Positions 11,533 to 22,900 of a DNA stretch of 64,000 nt are shown in pieces (position 1 is the stretch's first letter; each line of letters begins with the position of its first letter). A program made the translations under genes and the position numbers. The notes below the pieces were generated by a model. That model saw only the letters and a program-made list of their open reading frames with translations, was not told the origin of the DNA and ran no database searches. Source of the DNA: Schizochytrium sp. TIO01 (taxonomy: Eukaryota; Protista; Bigyra: Labyrinthulomycetes); assembly GCA_004764695.1 (NCBI GenBank), contig SMSO01000031.1, forward strand, positions 100,436 through 164,435. The letters run 5' to 3'.

Positions 11533-14500
11533 TCAAAAGGATGAAATCTTCCCTCTAGCGTGCTGTGCAATCTGAAGGTTCACAGTCCGAATTTGTGCAT
11601 TTTCTTGCTCCAGAATCTCCGTTATACGACGATCAAAATAAGGATGATGAAGTAAAATTCGACCTGCGGCATCCAGGTAGTTTCGGCCGTCAAACCATGT
11701 TCCAGGTGGAAGAGGTGCAGATGCCAACTCAATGTCTACATTTTGCAACACCAGAGGGGGGAGATCATCCCTTGTCATCAAATTGAATTCCTGCGCTCGA
11801 GTAGACGCCACGAGCATTTCAATCTTTTCAGTATTTCGACTGAGTGCAAATCCTTCAAATAATAAACCCATACTCCATTTCCTAGACCCCTCCTTTTCTG
11901 AGATCTTTTCAAAACGGCACAAGCCACCGACAGCGCCAACAGACCACAAAACTTCTGGAGCTTCCACAAAGGACACCTGCCCTGACACTGAGATTACTTT
12001 TCCTTCGTGAGATAGAGATACAGAATGGATTTCTCGAGTCTTTTCGTGAAATGCAAGGCCTCGATCCACATTCATAGAACCGTTTGCTTCGTTTTCGTTA
12101 TCCTCATCGTCTGAAAACCTCGTTGTTCGGGTAAGAACGTTCAGTAGCTTTTCAAATGCTAAACGGTCCACCACCGCATTGCTTGCAAATACAACACATG
12201 AATCAAGCTCGTGGTGTTCCCAGGGAACCTCCTTCGTAGGCTTTGTAAAATGCCGCAAGTGAACTTGTTCTTGATGAAACCAAAACGCTTCGGGCAGAGC
12301 GATTTTTGTTCGATTAGGAATGCACAGGGATTTAACTCCAAAGAGTTCGGCTTCGGGGTTCCAGAGCCGCAGACGTGACTGTACCAGATCTGAGATAGAC
12401 TCAGAGACAAGGTTTAACCCCGTGAGGATAATGGTATGAACTAATCCAGCTGCAACTTGCGCCTGAACTCCCGGGAGGAAGCTTGTATTTCGCGAGTCGC
12501 GAAATGAATGGTGTGCAGAAACTGCGGCAATCACAGAAATCGATCTTGGAGTTCGGTCATAAAAAGCTTCTATAACAGCACAAGGCCCGAAATCACCTGG
12601 TGTAACAATAACTAAACTATTCGAACTCCCTGCTTTACAAATCATTTTATGAAAACGTTCGACTTCAAAACCATTGCCAAAAAGAAAGGGGTCGCTTTCA
12701 ATGAGGACGCCTTCAAGTTTAGTAGCAATTGTATGAGCTATAGCCTCCTTACCACCGCCAGGAGGACCTGTCACAATGTATATCGAAGGTAAAGTGTGTT
12801 CAGATGCATTTGGAAGCAATTTGCATTTCCGCCCTTGGGCTGTGATGCTCTGAATTTTAACTTCACCATCTCGTTCGCTAGGTCCATCACTTGAAGATTG
12901 CCTTGTTACTTTAGAGGTACGCACCGCGTTCCAAAGCATTTGGGACATATGACTTTCCTGAAAGGCCGAGATGACTTGTGCAGAGCTTTGGGTAAGATCT
13001 TCCATCTCAAAAGAAAGCCCGTCAATCCGAGATTGCCATGCATGAAGCGCATCAAGTAGTTCAGATTGCTCGTAGACAAGCAAACCAATATGTGTGACAA
13101 TACGTGTATAAAACGCCCCCAGGGCTGGATTGATCATCGGTAACTCTTGTTTCCCTTCTTCATCGAGATTCTCCACAGCGACCATTGTACATCCAGTCGG
13201 GGTTTGCACCCACTGCGTGAGTCGACGAGGTACATCACGTAAGTCCACAATCATGCACCCAAATGCTGTGTGATCAAAGACGAAGCCAAACTCGAAAAAT
13301 TGAAGATGTCCTTGTAGCATCAGTGATGACAGTTGCACATCGCTGTTTCCAAAAACGAGCTCGCATGGTGTACGCCGCCGTCCTTTCAGCGGAGCCCCCA
13401 TGTTATCCATCTGCAATGCGATTTCTTCTTCATTTTGACGCGAGGTATCCCACGAAAGAAATGGAGAAATTTGATCTGTGAAGATCAACGCATGGCTGTC
13501 TTGTTCGCTGCCTGAAATCACAAAAGTATCTCCAATCACTAACCGAGAGGTTGCCGTTCCCAATGTTAAAGGTAATGTTACCTCAAGGTAATGTATTAGA
13601 CGGAGTGCCTCGCGAGTTCCATCAATCATCACTGCGTCAACATCCTGTCCTGCAAGATCAAATGAAAGTAGGTTAACTTGGAGACTCTTTGCCAGGGATT
13701 GAGGAAGATGAGGATGCAGCTTTAAGGTGAGTCCTGCAAAAACTTCCTCTGCTATAGCTTGGAGGCGTCGGAGAGCTCTTGGCCTTGAGGGATCCATCAC
13801 AAAGGAAAATGAGTCTTGGCTTATCCGCTCATGAATCCGCCGAAGCAATTCTTGCAATGTAGCAGCAAGCACGTGGTAAGATTCAATTTGTTGCAATCCG
13901 GTTTCATCCTCTGGCACATCCACAAAATACGTCCGCGCGAAACGAATCGCAGTTTCTGGATCTTGTCCTCGTACAATATAACCTGAATCAAACCCAGTGA
14001 GCTCTTGAACACAGGACCCTTGAGCGAATTTGCTTTTGTTGCATGATGAGGGACACCGAATACTACCAAAATCATAATAGCCCACAAGTGGTTCGAAGGC
14101 ATCTTTGAACTTTACAGATGCAGTGTCCCTTATTTGTTTGGATACTAGACGTGTACTTGTCGTCCAATGACTCAACAGTCGTTGTTGCACAGAGTAAGCT
14201 AGATGCAAAGACCATGGGTCTACGTGACTCCAGAGGGATTGCAATGCAGAACCAGAATGAATAATTTTATGAACTGCAGATAGAAAGCCACCTGTGGAAA
14301 ATTCATCTAGACCGTAGGCTTGGATTAATGGCCATTCTTCATGATTCTCAGTTCTCGCGGAACATGTCGGAAGGATCACGGTTTCACGCCCTCGAAGCAT
14401 ACGTACCATGGACTGGATCTTAAATCGCTCCTCTCTAGCTGCATCTCCGAGATCTTCACCTGGGAGTAGATGAAATTCTTCAATGTTTGGCCAGAGGGCT

Positions 14501-14838
14501 ACAATAGGTGCGATACGGGAGATCGCTTTAATGCTGTAGTAGATTTTCACTTGGTCTCGGTATAAAGCAATGACGCTGTCCTCGAGTTCCTCATCTTCCA
14601 TGTTGACAGTGGGTTCAAGAAGTGATTCTCCACTCGCGCCAAGGAGGAGATATTTTAGCATCCTTTGCGAGTTCGCATTGTAGTGGCCGTCAACACCCGG
14701 CACAATCAGAAATACAGCATCGGCATCACCTTGGGCAACACCCGAGAGTACACGTTGTACAAGGCGTACTCTTTGTGCGCTTTCTGCTGCACCCCAGTTC
14801 GAGGTTCCCTGTCCTTGTGTTCTACCCAGCAAACTCAT
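11533..14838 (-). CDS. DNAAF9: Dynein axonemal assembly factor 9 (C20orf194/Shulin) homologue, 1101 aa
   Basis: N-terminal GVDGHYN...KYLLLG and EEWPLIQAYGLD...GGF motifs, a central PH-like segment, a CobW-like P-loop (IVTGPPGGGK) and the terminal LPPGTWFDGRNYLDAAG..HHP, all as recalled for C20orf194. Confidence 0.88.
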   Translation of the reverse strand: MSLLGRTQGQGTSNWGAAESAQRVRLVQRVLSGVAQGDADAVFLIVPGVDGHYNANSQRMLKYLLLGASGESLLEPTVNMEDEELEDSVIALYRDQVKIYYSIKAISRIAPIVALWPNIEEFHLLPGEDLGDAAREERFKIQSMVRMLRGRETVILPTCSARTENHEEWPLIQAYGLDEFSTGGFLSAVHKIIHSGSALQSLWSHVDPWSLHLAYSVQQRLLSHWTTSTRLVSKQIRDTASVKFKDAFEPLVGYYDFGSIRCPSSCNKSKFAQGSCVQELTGFDSGYIVRGQDPETAIRFARTYFVDVPEDETGLQQIESYHVLAATLQELLRRIHERISQDSFSFVMDPSRPRALRRLQAIAEEVFAGLTLKLHPHLPQSLAKSLQVNLLSFDLAGQDVDAVMIDGTREALRLIHYLEVTLPLTLGTATSRLVIGDTFVISGSEQDSHALIFTDQISPFLSWDTSRQNEEEIALQMDNMGAPLKGRRRTPCELVFGNSDVQLSSLMLQGHLQFFEFGFVFDHTAFGCMIVDLRDVPRRLTQWVQTPTGCTMVAVENLDEEGKQELPMINPALGAFYTRIVTHIGLLVYEQSELLDALHAWQSRIDGLSFEMEDLTQSSAQVISAFQESHMSQMLWNAVRTSKVTRQSSSDGPSERDGEVKIQSITAQGRKCKLLPNASEHTLPSIYIVTGPPGGGKEAIAHTIATKLEGVLIESDPFLFGNGFEVERFHKMICKAGSSNSLVIVTPGDFGPCAVIEAFYDRTPRSISVIAAVSAHHSFRDSRNTSFLPGVQAQVAAGLVHTIILTGLNLVSESISDLVQSRLRLWNPEAELFGVKSLCIPNRTKIALPEAFWFHQEQVHLRHFTKPTKEVPWEHHELDSCVVFASNAVVDRLAFEKLLNVLTRTTRFSDDEDNENEANGSMNVDRGLAFHEKTREIHSVSLSHEGKVISVSGQVSFVEAPEVLWSVGAVGGLCRFEKISEKEGSRKWSMGLLFEGFALSRNTEKIEMLVASTRAQEFNLMTRDDLPPLVLQNVDIELASAPLPPGTWFDGRNYLDAAGRILLHHPYFDRRITEILEQENAQIRTVNLQIAQHARGKISSF

Positions 14839-15793
14839 TGCGTGGTCCTTTGTCTCGCCAAACTTAACTATCAGAAGCTGCGGCTTGCTCTTCTGTGCCT
14901 ACTTGCACTGTCGAACGTGGTCACTCCAAGTCACCACGCAACAGCACCGTTTGCCAATTTGTGTAGATCTACAATAGGTGCCTGACTGAAGATTTTGGGC
15001 TGTGAATCTTCAACGGTACCGGTAAGACTCGTATAATATTATTGCCTATCTCACTCTTTTCACATGCACGTTTTCTCTTCGTGGAAAGTTTTCAGAATCA
15101 GACACAGGTGCTCTGGTTATTTATGCCAACCTTGAAGATGCAGCAGCATACACAAACCTTGTGCACTTTAAAATTCAGAGTATCTGCTTGCTTGGTTGTG
15201 ATCACCATGTGGTTTTGGCGAACATTGTGAACTTTTATTATCTATTTCCATTATTATTCTCCTTCAAGTTCTTTTTTAATTTCAATTATACAGAGATAAA
15301 TAGGAGTGAAGGTTTTTGCAGCTGTGAGGCCGAGAATATTTGCAACCCTGCTATTATTTCACAAAACCATAACAGGAGTACCTAGCATAAAGGGATCCCT
15401 TCCTTACGGCGACTTGCACGTGGCCAGAGCGTACAGCTTAGTCTGCCTACTACAGCCAAACACCTCCGTGGATATTTTCTTCTCACGCAAATAATTAACG
15501 CACAAGGAGATTTCTAAGCACCTTAAACGTCCAAAGTTTAAGAGGGGCCGAGAATAAGGTGACGAACAATATTTGCTTCGGTAGCAGTCTTTTCTTCTTG
15601 CCTTTTAATGAAAGAAAGCAGAATATCAACAAACAAGAATCACGTACAAGCCCATTTCGCGGCAGCGAGGTGGAAAGTGCTTCGTGATTGAACTGCGACG
15701 GGTTTGCCGTGCATGAATACGTACCTGGCAGGGTTGTGCTGCGAGTTTTGGTTTTTTTCTCTTTGTTATTTCATGAGCAAAGGAAGATAAGCA

Positions 15794-17743
15794 ATGGCGC
15801 CGGACCCTCAAAAGAACACGGCTGTGCAGGCACAGTCCTTTCTAAGTAACATGGTGATTTTGACTGTGCTTCTTCTCATATGTATGACGATAGAATGCTC
15901 GGCAAAGAATATCCACTCTGACTTGGAGGTCATGGGCAATTATTTAGATTCGTCTTCCTTCCGTGGGAAAATTCCGTCCAGCAGCTCTGGGTCAAGCGAG
16001 CTGCCAACCTCGTTAGTCTCACCTTTAGGAAATGATATTAGACAGTCCAACAACCTCGGTAATGACAAGCCAACGATATTGATAGCCAGCTGCCCTTATT
16101 CAGCATCGGTGGCAGCAACAATCGGCATCATGAACCGCAATGGACCTTACGCGGACTGTCTGCCTTATTGGCCGAAGAAGCTCGGTTTCAAAACGCGATC
16201 CATTTCGCAGAGGGACATGGTCGAACGAGGTCTTCATGCGAACATCTTCAAGGGTCGGGTACTCTTTGATGATGCTGATCCCGTGGCGGAGAATGTAGCT
16301 ATCTCTACCGCAGGACTCTTTGACCTGCTTCCAGTGATGGAAAATGACCGTGCTCTTGTGAACTTGAGTGAGACAATCGAGGCCCTTCCTGTTCGTTTTG
16401 ATTTCCGTCAAAACCGAATCCAAGGTGTTCCCGGAGCTTATTTTACCTCCGTCAGCAAGGCTACTTCATGGACAGTGGAAAATTTGCTTCCGTACGCAAA
16501 CAACCGCACCTTTGTGTATCGGCCACCCGGCACTAAGCTCGTTCCTTACATTATCATGGAGCGAACTGTAGCTACGCATGTAACAGATTTGTCCTCAAAA
16601 TGCACCGCCTACAGCCTTGCTCCTGTGAGCTCCTTGGCAGAGTACATTGCTAAAGAGAATGGCCTAAAACCGTTTCTCGACCTCACGTCTTCCTCGCACT
16701 GGGACGTATCTGAAATGCCTCTGACCATGTATGGCTACAGTGCAGGCATGTTTGAAAGCACCGGTTTCTGTACGCGAAATCGGACAATGGGTGTCTCTGC
16801 AAGCGACATTGCTGATTCTCTGTCTTTCTTTATTGCCGTTCAGCGAAGCAACCCTCAACTTGTGATATCCAAAGAGCAGCCACTCAAGCAGCTGCCCCCT
16901 CGAGATGCTGATATTGTATACAATGCTTCTAAAATTTATGTTACGCACATTGTAAGCGATGGTGATAATCTATCGCAGCTGCAACGTACTGTAATGAATC
17001 TAGAGGCTCACCATAAGAGTTGCCTAAGTAAAACTCGCACGGGCCCTTGCTCCCCGCGTGCATGGACTGTCTCAGGACAAACGAGATCGGTTTCCGCTGT
17101 CATTCGCCTTATCTACGACATTGCTGCTGCCAACAACGGAACAGATAGCTTTATTTTACCGCCCTCTGGTGCAAGTTATTTTTACCCAGCGTCAGCTCTT
17201 GATCAGCATGGTCTCATGCAGCACCGCAATCATACAATTGAGGTTGCCAGAAATCTGAACATTGAGGCTACTGTCTTGTGGGACTTTTTCTTTCACTTTT
17301 TTAGCGAGCAGCATAAAGATTATATTCGCTCCTTCATCAATACCCCAATTAAGGGGATATTTTGGTCGGCAGCTCCATGGCTACTAAGTCCGAATGAAAA
17401 GAACCCTTTTGTTAAACTTGGCTACAAGAGCGACCAAGTCTTTCGCGATGAGCACGATCCTACCAAGGGCGTTATACTGTTCAATGAGCTCACACGATGG
17501 GACAGTGTTTCGTCGAAAGACTCTGTGAACGGCAAAGGTCTTACTTATGAAATGATCACGGCTCTCCTGAAGCGCCAGTCCCGTGGAAGTCTAAACTTCA
17601 TCTACGATATTGCCTGGGGAATTGACCCGCAAACATTTGACCTCTACGGTGAGCACCTTGCTGAGTTTGCGCCGGATGTTCAGATTGTTGACCACCGGAC
17701 GCTTATTCGTTTGGCCTATCAAAAATATGGCCTCAAAGACTAG
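15794..17743 (+). CDS. GxGYxYP-family putative glycoside hydrolase, secreted or membrane-anchored, 649 aa
   Basis: N-terminal hydrophobic segment. YVTHIVSDGDN motif, AWTVS, and PPSGASYFYP as a variant of the GxGYxYP signature. Confidence 0.78.
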   Translation: MAPDPQKNTAVQAQSFLSNMVILTVLLLICMTIECSAKNIHSDLEVMGNYLDSSSFRGKIPSSSSGSSELPTSLVSPLGNDIRQSNNLGNDKPTILIASCPYSASVAATIGIMNRNGPYADCLPYWPKKLGFKTRSISQRDMVERGLHANIFKGRVLFDDADPVAENVAISTAGLFDLLPVMENDRALVNLSETIEALPVRFDFRQNRIQGVPGAYFTSVSKATSWTVENLLPYANNRTFVYRPPGTKLVPYIIMERTVATHVTDLSSKCTAYSLAPVSSLAEYIAKENGLKPFLDLTSSSHWDVSEMPLTMYGYSAGMFESTGFCTRNRTMGVSASDIADSLSFFIAVQRSNPQLVISKEQPLKQLPPRDADIVYNASKIYVTHIVSDGDNLSQLQRTVMNLEAHHKSCLSKTRTGPCSPRAWTVSGQTRSVSAVIRLIYDIAAANNGTDSFILPPSGASYFYPASALDQHGLMQHRNHTIEVARNLNIEATVLWDFFFHFFSEQHKDYIRSFINTPIKGIFWSAAPWLLSPNEKNPFVKLGYKSDQVFRDEHDPTKGVILFNELTRWDSVSSKDSVNGKGLTYEMITALLKRQSRGSLNFIYDIAWGIDPQTFDLYGEHLAEFAPDVQIVDHRTLIRLAYQKYGLKD

Positions 17744-18449
17744 ACTAGTTTCTCTCGACCAAGAGCGGGAGCCCGGGACGATGCTCTTTTCAAATACATT
17801 TAGATAGCTCTTGTCAGATCCTTTGGTGTTTCGAGGACTGTGCCTCGCCTACCTCACCCTTCCAAGTCCAGAGACTCAAATTATTTTATTTTCTAACACT
17901 TAGCATATTTGGCATTTTTATTCACTAAATACTATAATAAATATAGATACAAAAAGAGAACGAGATTTATCTAAACGTAAGGAGCAGGCAGCATTGCATA
18001 TATTTAATTTCTCCCAGCCACCTCTACACATCCTTCGTGAGGAGGCGCCTGGAGAGTCAGAGGCAGACACAGAGAGGGAGACGCTTCGCAGCGCCTTGTG
18101 CCTCCTCTTTTCCCGCAGCCTTTTCCAATTTTCTTCTGCCTTCTCGAAACCAAAAGTTCGAAGAAAGCGAACTTAGTCCAAGTGTTTTGTCTGACTGTCT
18201 GTCTATCTGTCTGACTGACTGCTGCTGCCTATGTCTGCCTGCGTGCCTAGACTTCGTGCACTCTCGGGCTGGTTCTCCACGAAGGCGACCGTCGCCTCTT
18301 GCTCTCCAACTCCGCTCCAGAAACCGTGTCCCCGCTGTGCAAAGGTTGGCCCAGTCGCCAAAGAACCACCTGCGCCTGCTCTGGAATCAAAAAGCCGCGG
18401 CTGCTTCCCTGTAAAACCAGCGCCAGCTCGCCGCATTCGCCTTCTCGGG

Positions 18450-18487
18450 CATCCATCCATCCATCCATCCATCCATCCATCCATCCA
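18450..18487. repeat. (CATC)n microsatellite
   Basis: About 9 perfect copies visible. Confidence 0.95.
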
Positions 18488-18714
18488 GCTCTGCCACGGC
18501 CACTACCAGAACTGAGGCTCTCGCAGACCACCTCTCAGCCCGACCTCCGCCCTACCGTCACCGCCAGCCCTTCGTGCGTCCACCCAAGCCCCTCCACGAG
18601 TCCCGCGCGCCCTTCAGACCCCGTCGCCGCCCTAAGTCCGTACCTGCGGCGCTCTTGTGCGCTGCGCCTTCGACGCTTCGATGACGCAGAATCCCATTTT
18701 GAGAACGACAAAGA

Positions 18715-18719
18715 TAGAA

Positions 18720-18752
<33 letters not shown>

Positions 18753-18765
18753 TAAAGAGAGAGAA
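18715..18765. repeat. (AG)n-rich microsatellite
   Basis: Visible GA run. Confidence 0.9.
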
Positions 18766-18996
18766 AGACCCGGAGTTCCGCTCTCTACTTATCAGCCCCA
18801 CAGTTCCACCGCAAACGTCCACAGTGGGGCACTTGCGGGGCGGGAGCGAATCTAGTTCTAGCGCGCCTAGGCGGGTGGTAGCGGCGGCGCCTGCGACTTC
18901 GCAGGAGAAGACGGCCGCGGTAAGAGCTGCAGAGAGCAACGCGGAGGAGCGCAGTGAGGAGACCTCGCAAGGCGTCGGTATGCGCAGGAGCACGCA

Positions 18997-19020
18997 GGCT
19001 GGCTGGCTGGCTGGCTGGCT
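18997..19020. repeat. (GGCT)6 microsatellite
   Basis: Visible directly. Confidence 0.95.
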
Positions 19021-19611
19021 GACTTGTAAGTAGTAAGGTCTGAGACTCACGGAGGTTTGCCCTCTTCTTCTTCTTCTTCTTCTGCTTTCTACCTGAAACA
19101 CTTTCAGGTCATATGGAAATAGGAAAAAAAGAAAGAAAAAGAAAAAAGAATGTTTTTGCTTCTTTTGTTTCTCTGTTTCTTTCCTTTGAAGTTTGTTTAT
19201 TTATTTGTATGTTTGTTCGTTTGGATGTTTGGATGTTTGTTTCTGTCTCTCAGGCAGGTTCAGGTTCAGGCTCGTGGCGTGGACTTCTCTCCTGGGCGAG
19301 GGCGGGGACGCAGGAGGCAGCAGCGATGAATGCGTACGCGCAGGCGACCTCGCTCTGTATCGACGCATTCTTGGGCGCCGGAAAGCATACCATATCGTTC
19401 ATGATTCTAAGAGAAAAGAAATAGAAAATGAAATGAAGTTAAAAGTGCTTTTGTTATGCATCCTTGCTATTGCTAGTGTTTAGCTTACTTACTTACCTAC
19501 GTGGGTAGAAAAGGTTCTATGCATGAGAAAAGGAAGAACCGAAGATATGAAAAGAAATTCAAAAGGAAAGATAAGGGATGAAAATCTTTTTTCTTTTTAT
19601 CTATTTATTTA

Positions 19612-19657
19612 TTTGTTTGTTTGTTTGTTTGTTTGTTTGTTTGTTTGTTTGTTTGTT
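19612..19657. repeat. (TTTG)n microsatellite
   Basis: About 11 copies visible. Confidence 0.95.
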
Positions 19658-19933
19658 TCTCTGCGGAGTTTGGTTTTGCTGCATTCTGCATGACGATGCG
19701 GACTAGGCAAAACCGGATGCTGGCGAGGCCTGAAGGCGGCAGTCTTCAAGTCGTGCGGCCCAGGGCCATCCCTCAGAGCAGCGCCAGGCAGCCCAAGGCG
19801 CAGTGCCACAGCCTCGACGGCCCGGGTGACCTTGATCTCCGTCGCTGCGGCGACCTGAAGGCTGCTTGAGACCGACCGCTGTTGAAGAAGCGGTTGCTTT
19901 CTGCGAAGGAAGGAATAAGGTCTCGCAAGCACC

Positions 19934-22900
19934 ATGTCGGCTGCCGCGGAGGTGCGCGAGCGTCTGGTGAGATGGATTGAGGAGCACATTGGCAAAGTCC
20001 CTGGCACGTCGAAGGATATGAACAGCCTCAGTCGCGAGGGACAGTCGATTCGCTGGCTGGCGGTCCTCCTGGGCCTCATGCTGTTCTCCTACGAGGCCAT
20101 TATGCCTCTCGTCAACAGCCAGCGCAGCCTGTATATGGACCTCCGTTTCGGCCTTATCGTTTGGCTTTTTGTGGCAGCCATGCTTCACATGCCCATGATG
20201 CCTACAGAACTCGAAGACTACCCGAGCCTGCCCTTCATCTCCTTCTTCATCCTTCTTCTCGTCGTCACCCACATCACACTCGCCGCCTTCACCATGCTCC
20301 ACCATCTCATATGTTGGATGCTCCAACTCTGCTTTCCTCAAATTGCAGAGTTCCTTTGGGTACCCGGCTTGCGATCGGTGCGCTCTTTCAAGGTCATCCT
20401 CAAGGGCAGTATCCTCCTTTCAGCTAGCGTCAGCCTGGTCTTCGCGTACTGTGGAACTATGCCAGAAACCTCCTCCACAGAGTGCATCGTGGACAGCACG
20501 ACGAGTCGTGAGCTGCAGGGAGACGACGCGAATGCCAGTGAGGGCGCAAACAGCTGCAGGACCGGGAACATGGTCCCGCTTGAGGGCATGATTCACGACA
20601 TGACGAGCATGGTGTGCAGGCGAATCATGCCAGAGCTGGACGTGCTCTGGGGCCAGATTGGTGACGACGGTACCTTCAACTTCAGCGTACTAGGCATTGA
20701 CCTGGGGCAGTTCTCGCTACTAGAGAGTCCAGTCGGCTTGCTCTGGCTCAGTGGAGTGGCGATCTGGGCCACGTACTATACACTACGCAGAACAAAACGC
20801 ATCAACCAAACGCTACAGCGCCGGGCGAGGAAACGCCGACTAGAGAAAGAACTCAAGGAAGCAGGAGCAGACGCAGACACCGACACAGATGGCGAGGCGG
20901 AAGATGACAACCAGCAGCCAGCAGAAGAGGGCAGTGCAGACGCCGACAGTGCTAATAACTCCCCCAGAAGCAGTGAGGACGCCAAGAAAAGCGGGACCAA
21001 AGCTAAAACAAAGAAAAATGACAAGAAAAGATCCAAAAAGCTCATTGAGGAAGCTCTCGAAAAGGAAAAAAATATTGAAGATGCGCTCGAGGACGAGCTT
21101 AGTGACGGTGAGTATGAAGAGTACGAAGAGGTCATTGCTCGCGGCCTAGCATCAGATACTAAACGGCGAAAGCGGGAAGCAGCTCCCACCAATTTCATGC
21201 CTATGGCAGAATGGTATTCGCTTGCTCTGACCAGGACCGCTTTTGATCTGTTGATTTCCATGAAACTCTTCCTTGGTCGCTTTGATATGCGTGTAATGCA
21301 AGCTGCAATTGGCGATGGACCTAGTACTTTGCGAGGAAACGAAATGCCACCATCCCATTTCTCGACCAGGAATAATCGCACACCAGGCAGCATTGATGAG
21401 GATGGAGCCTTTGGTTTTGATGATGATGGGTATACCACCGCAAACTCCAGTCGCCGAGGCGTGCGTGATGGCAAACAAGCCTGTGCAGATAGTAAGGCTT
21501 CCCACAAATCACAATGTCAGCCAGGGGAGCCCATTGTTGACGATCGCTATGCGGATATGGATGAGCTCTGGTTTGACTGGCTTGCTGACACAGGTGATGG
21601 AGGAAATTCTACCTATGCAGTAGCGCGTGCAGTTGCACAGCCTTCTCTTACTGTGCCTTTGAATTCTTCTTTGAACGCTGATATCGAGGCAGATAAGTCT
21701 GCCGACGAATCAACAAAGGATAAGAAAAATCAACCAACACCAGTCAAAACACTGAAGCGTGGTGATCTTCTCATTCTTGGAGGTGATTTGGCATACCCTA
21801 CTCCTTCTTTAGAAGAATATGCTTCCCGTCTTTTCCTTCCATTCGAATATGCTATGGAGCCCCCCATTTCCTATCATCGCGACGATATTTCTTTGGCGAA
21901 AAATATTCATGAGGACACTCTGTTTTCAAGCCGTCTCAGTCTATTAGGTTCTCAAGGCATCCAGCCTACGGCTTATTCGCTTCCTGCCACTCGGGAACGG
22001 TCAATGTCAAACGAAAACCTTCATAAATCTGCTAGAGGGTCCCCTTTGGGATCACTCAGCCCAGCCTCCCCTTTAAGTGGCGGTGTCCTGCGTCAACAGA
22101 GTGAAATCTTCCAGCTGGGAGAGCTAAGTGAAGCATCTACCTCCACGATGGGCGGCTCTCAGCGGTCTCTTCTACGCAACACACGAAGTAGTACCAGTGA
22201 CTGCAGTGAGGAAAACAGTGACGAGGATTCCTCCAAGCGTATGTGGAAGGGACCTCCGTGTGCATACGCGATTCCTGGAAACCATGATTGGTTTGATGGC
22301 CTGGGCACTTTTATGCAATGCATTTGCTATCGGGACTGGTTTGGTGGCTGGCGACTTCCACAAACCAAATCTTATTTTGCGCTCAAACTTTCCCATGGAT
22401 GGTGGGTGTTTGGTCTCGACTTTGCCCTTGAAGATGATATTGATGGTCTTCAGTATCAATATTTTGCTTCCGTGGCGCACCATTGTCTGGGCGACCACGA
22501 TCAAGTCATTCTATGTTCGCATGAGCCCACCTGGGTGCTTGACGCGTACTTAAATGATCCACACCCTGAAGACCAGCCAATCTCGAGAACCTCTAAGAAT
22601 CTCAAACAGCTTATGCGGCGTCATTTGCGCGGCCGCGTAGCCATGCGCATTGCTGGAGATGTACACAACTACATGCGTCATGACGCTGAGGAACCTTTGC
22701 GCGAATCTGCTCTTCGTGCTGGTGCTGCCCCTCACGTAATTGTTTCTGGAGGTGGAGGTGCTTTTCTACACCCTACGCACCCTTTCCCTGAGCGCTTCAA
22801 GGAAACAGGTGCATACTACAACCTTCAAAGTGCATACCCCACGTTTTCGGAGTCGCGCATGATTGGTATGAAGAACCTCGGCCAGGGTTTTCGCATGCAA

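Noticed and set aside
18037-19869. Overlapping ORFs of 80-244 aa on both strands
   Set aside because: Dominated by translated microsatellites (HPSI, RERE, AGWL, FVCL); consistent with UTR/intron sequence.
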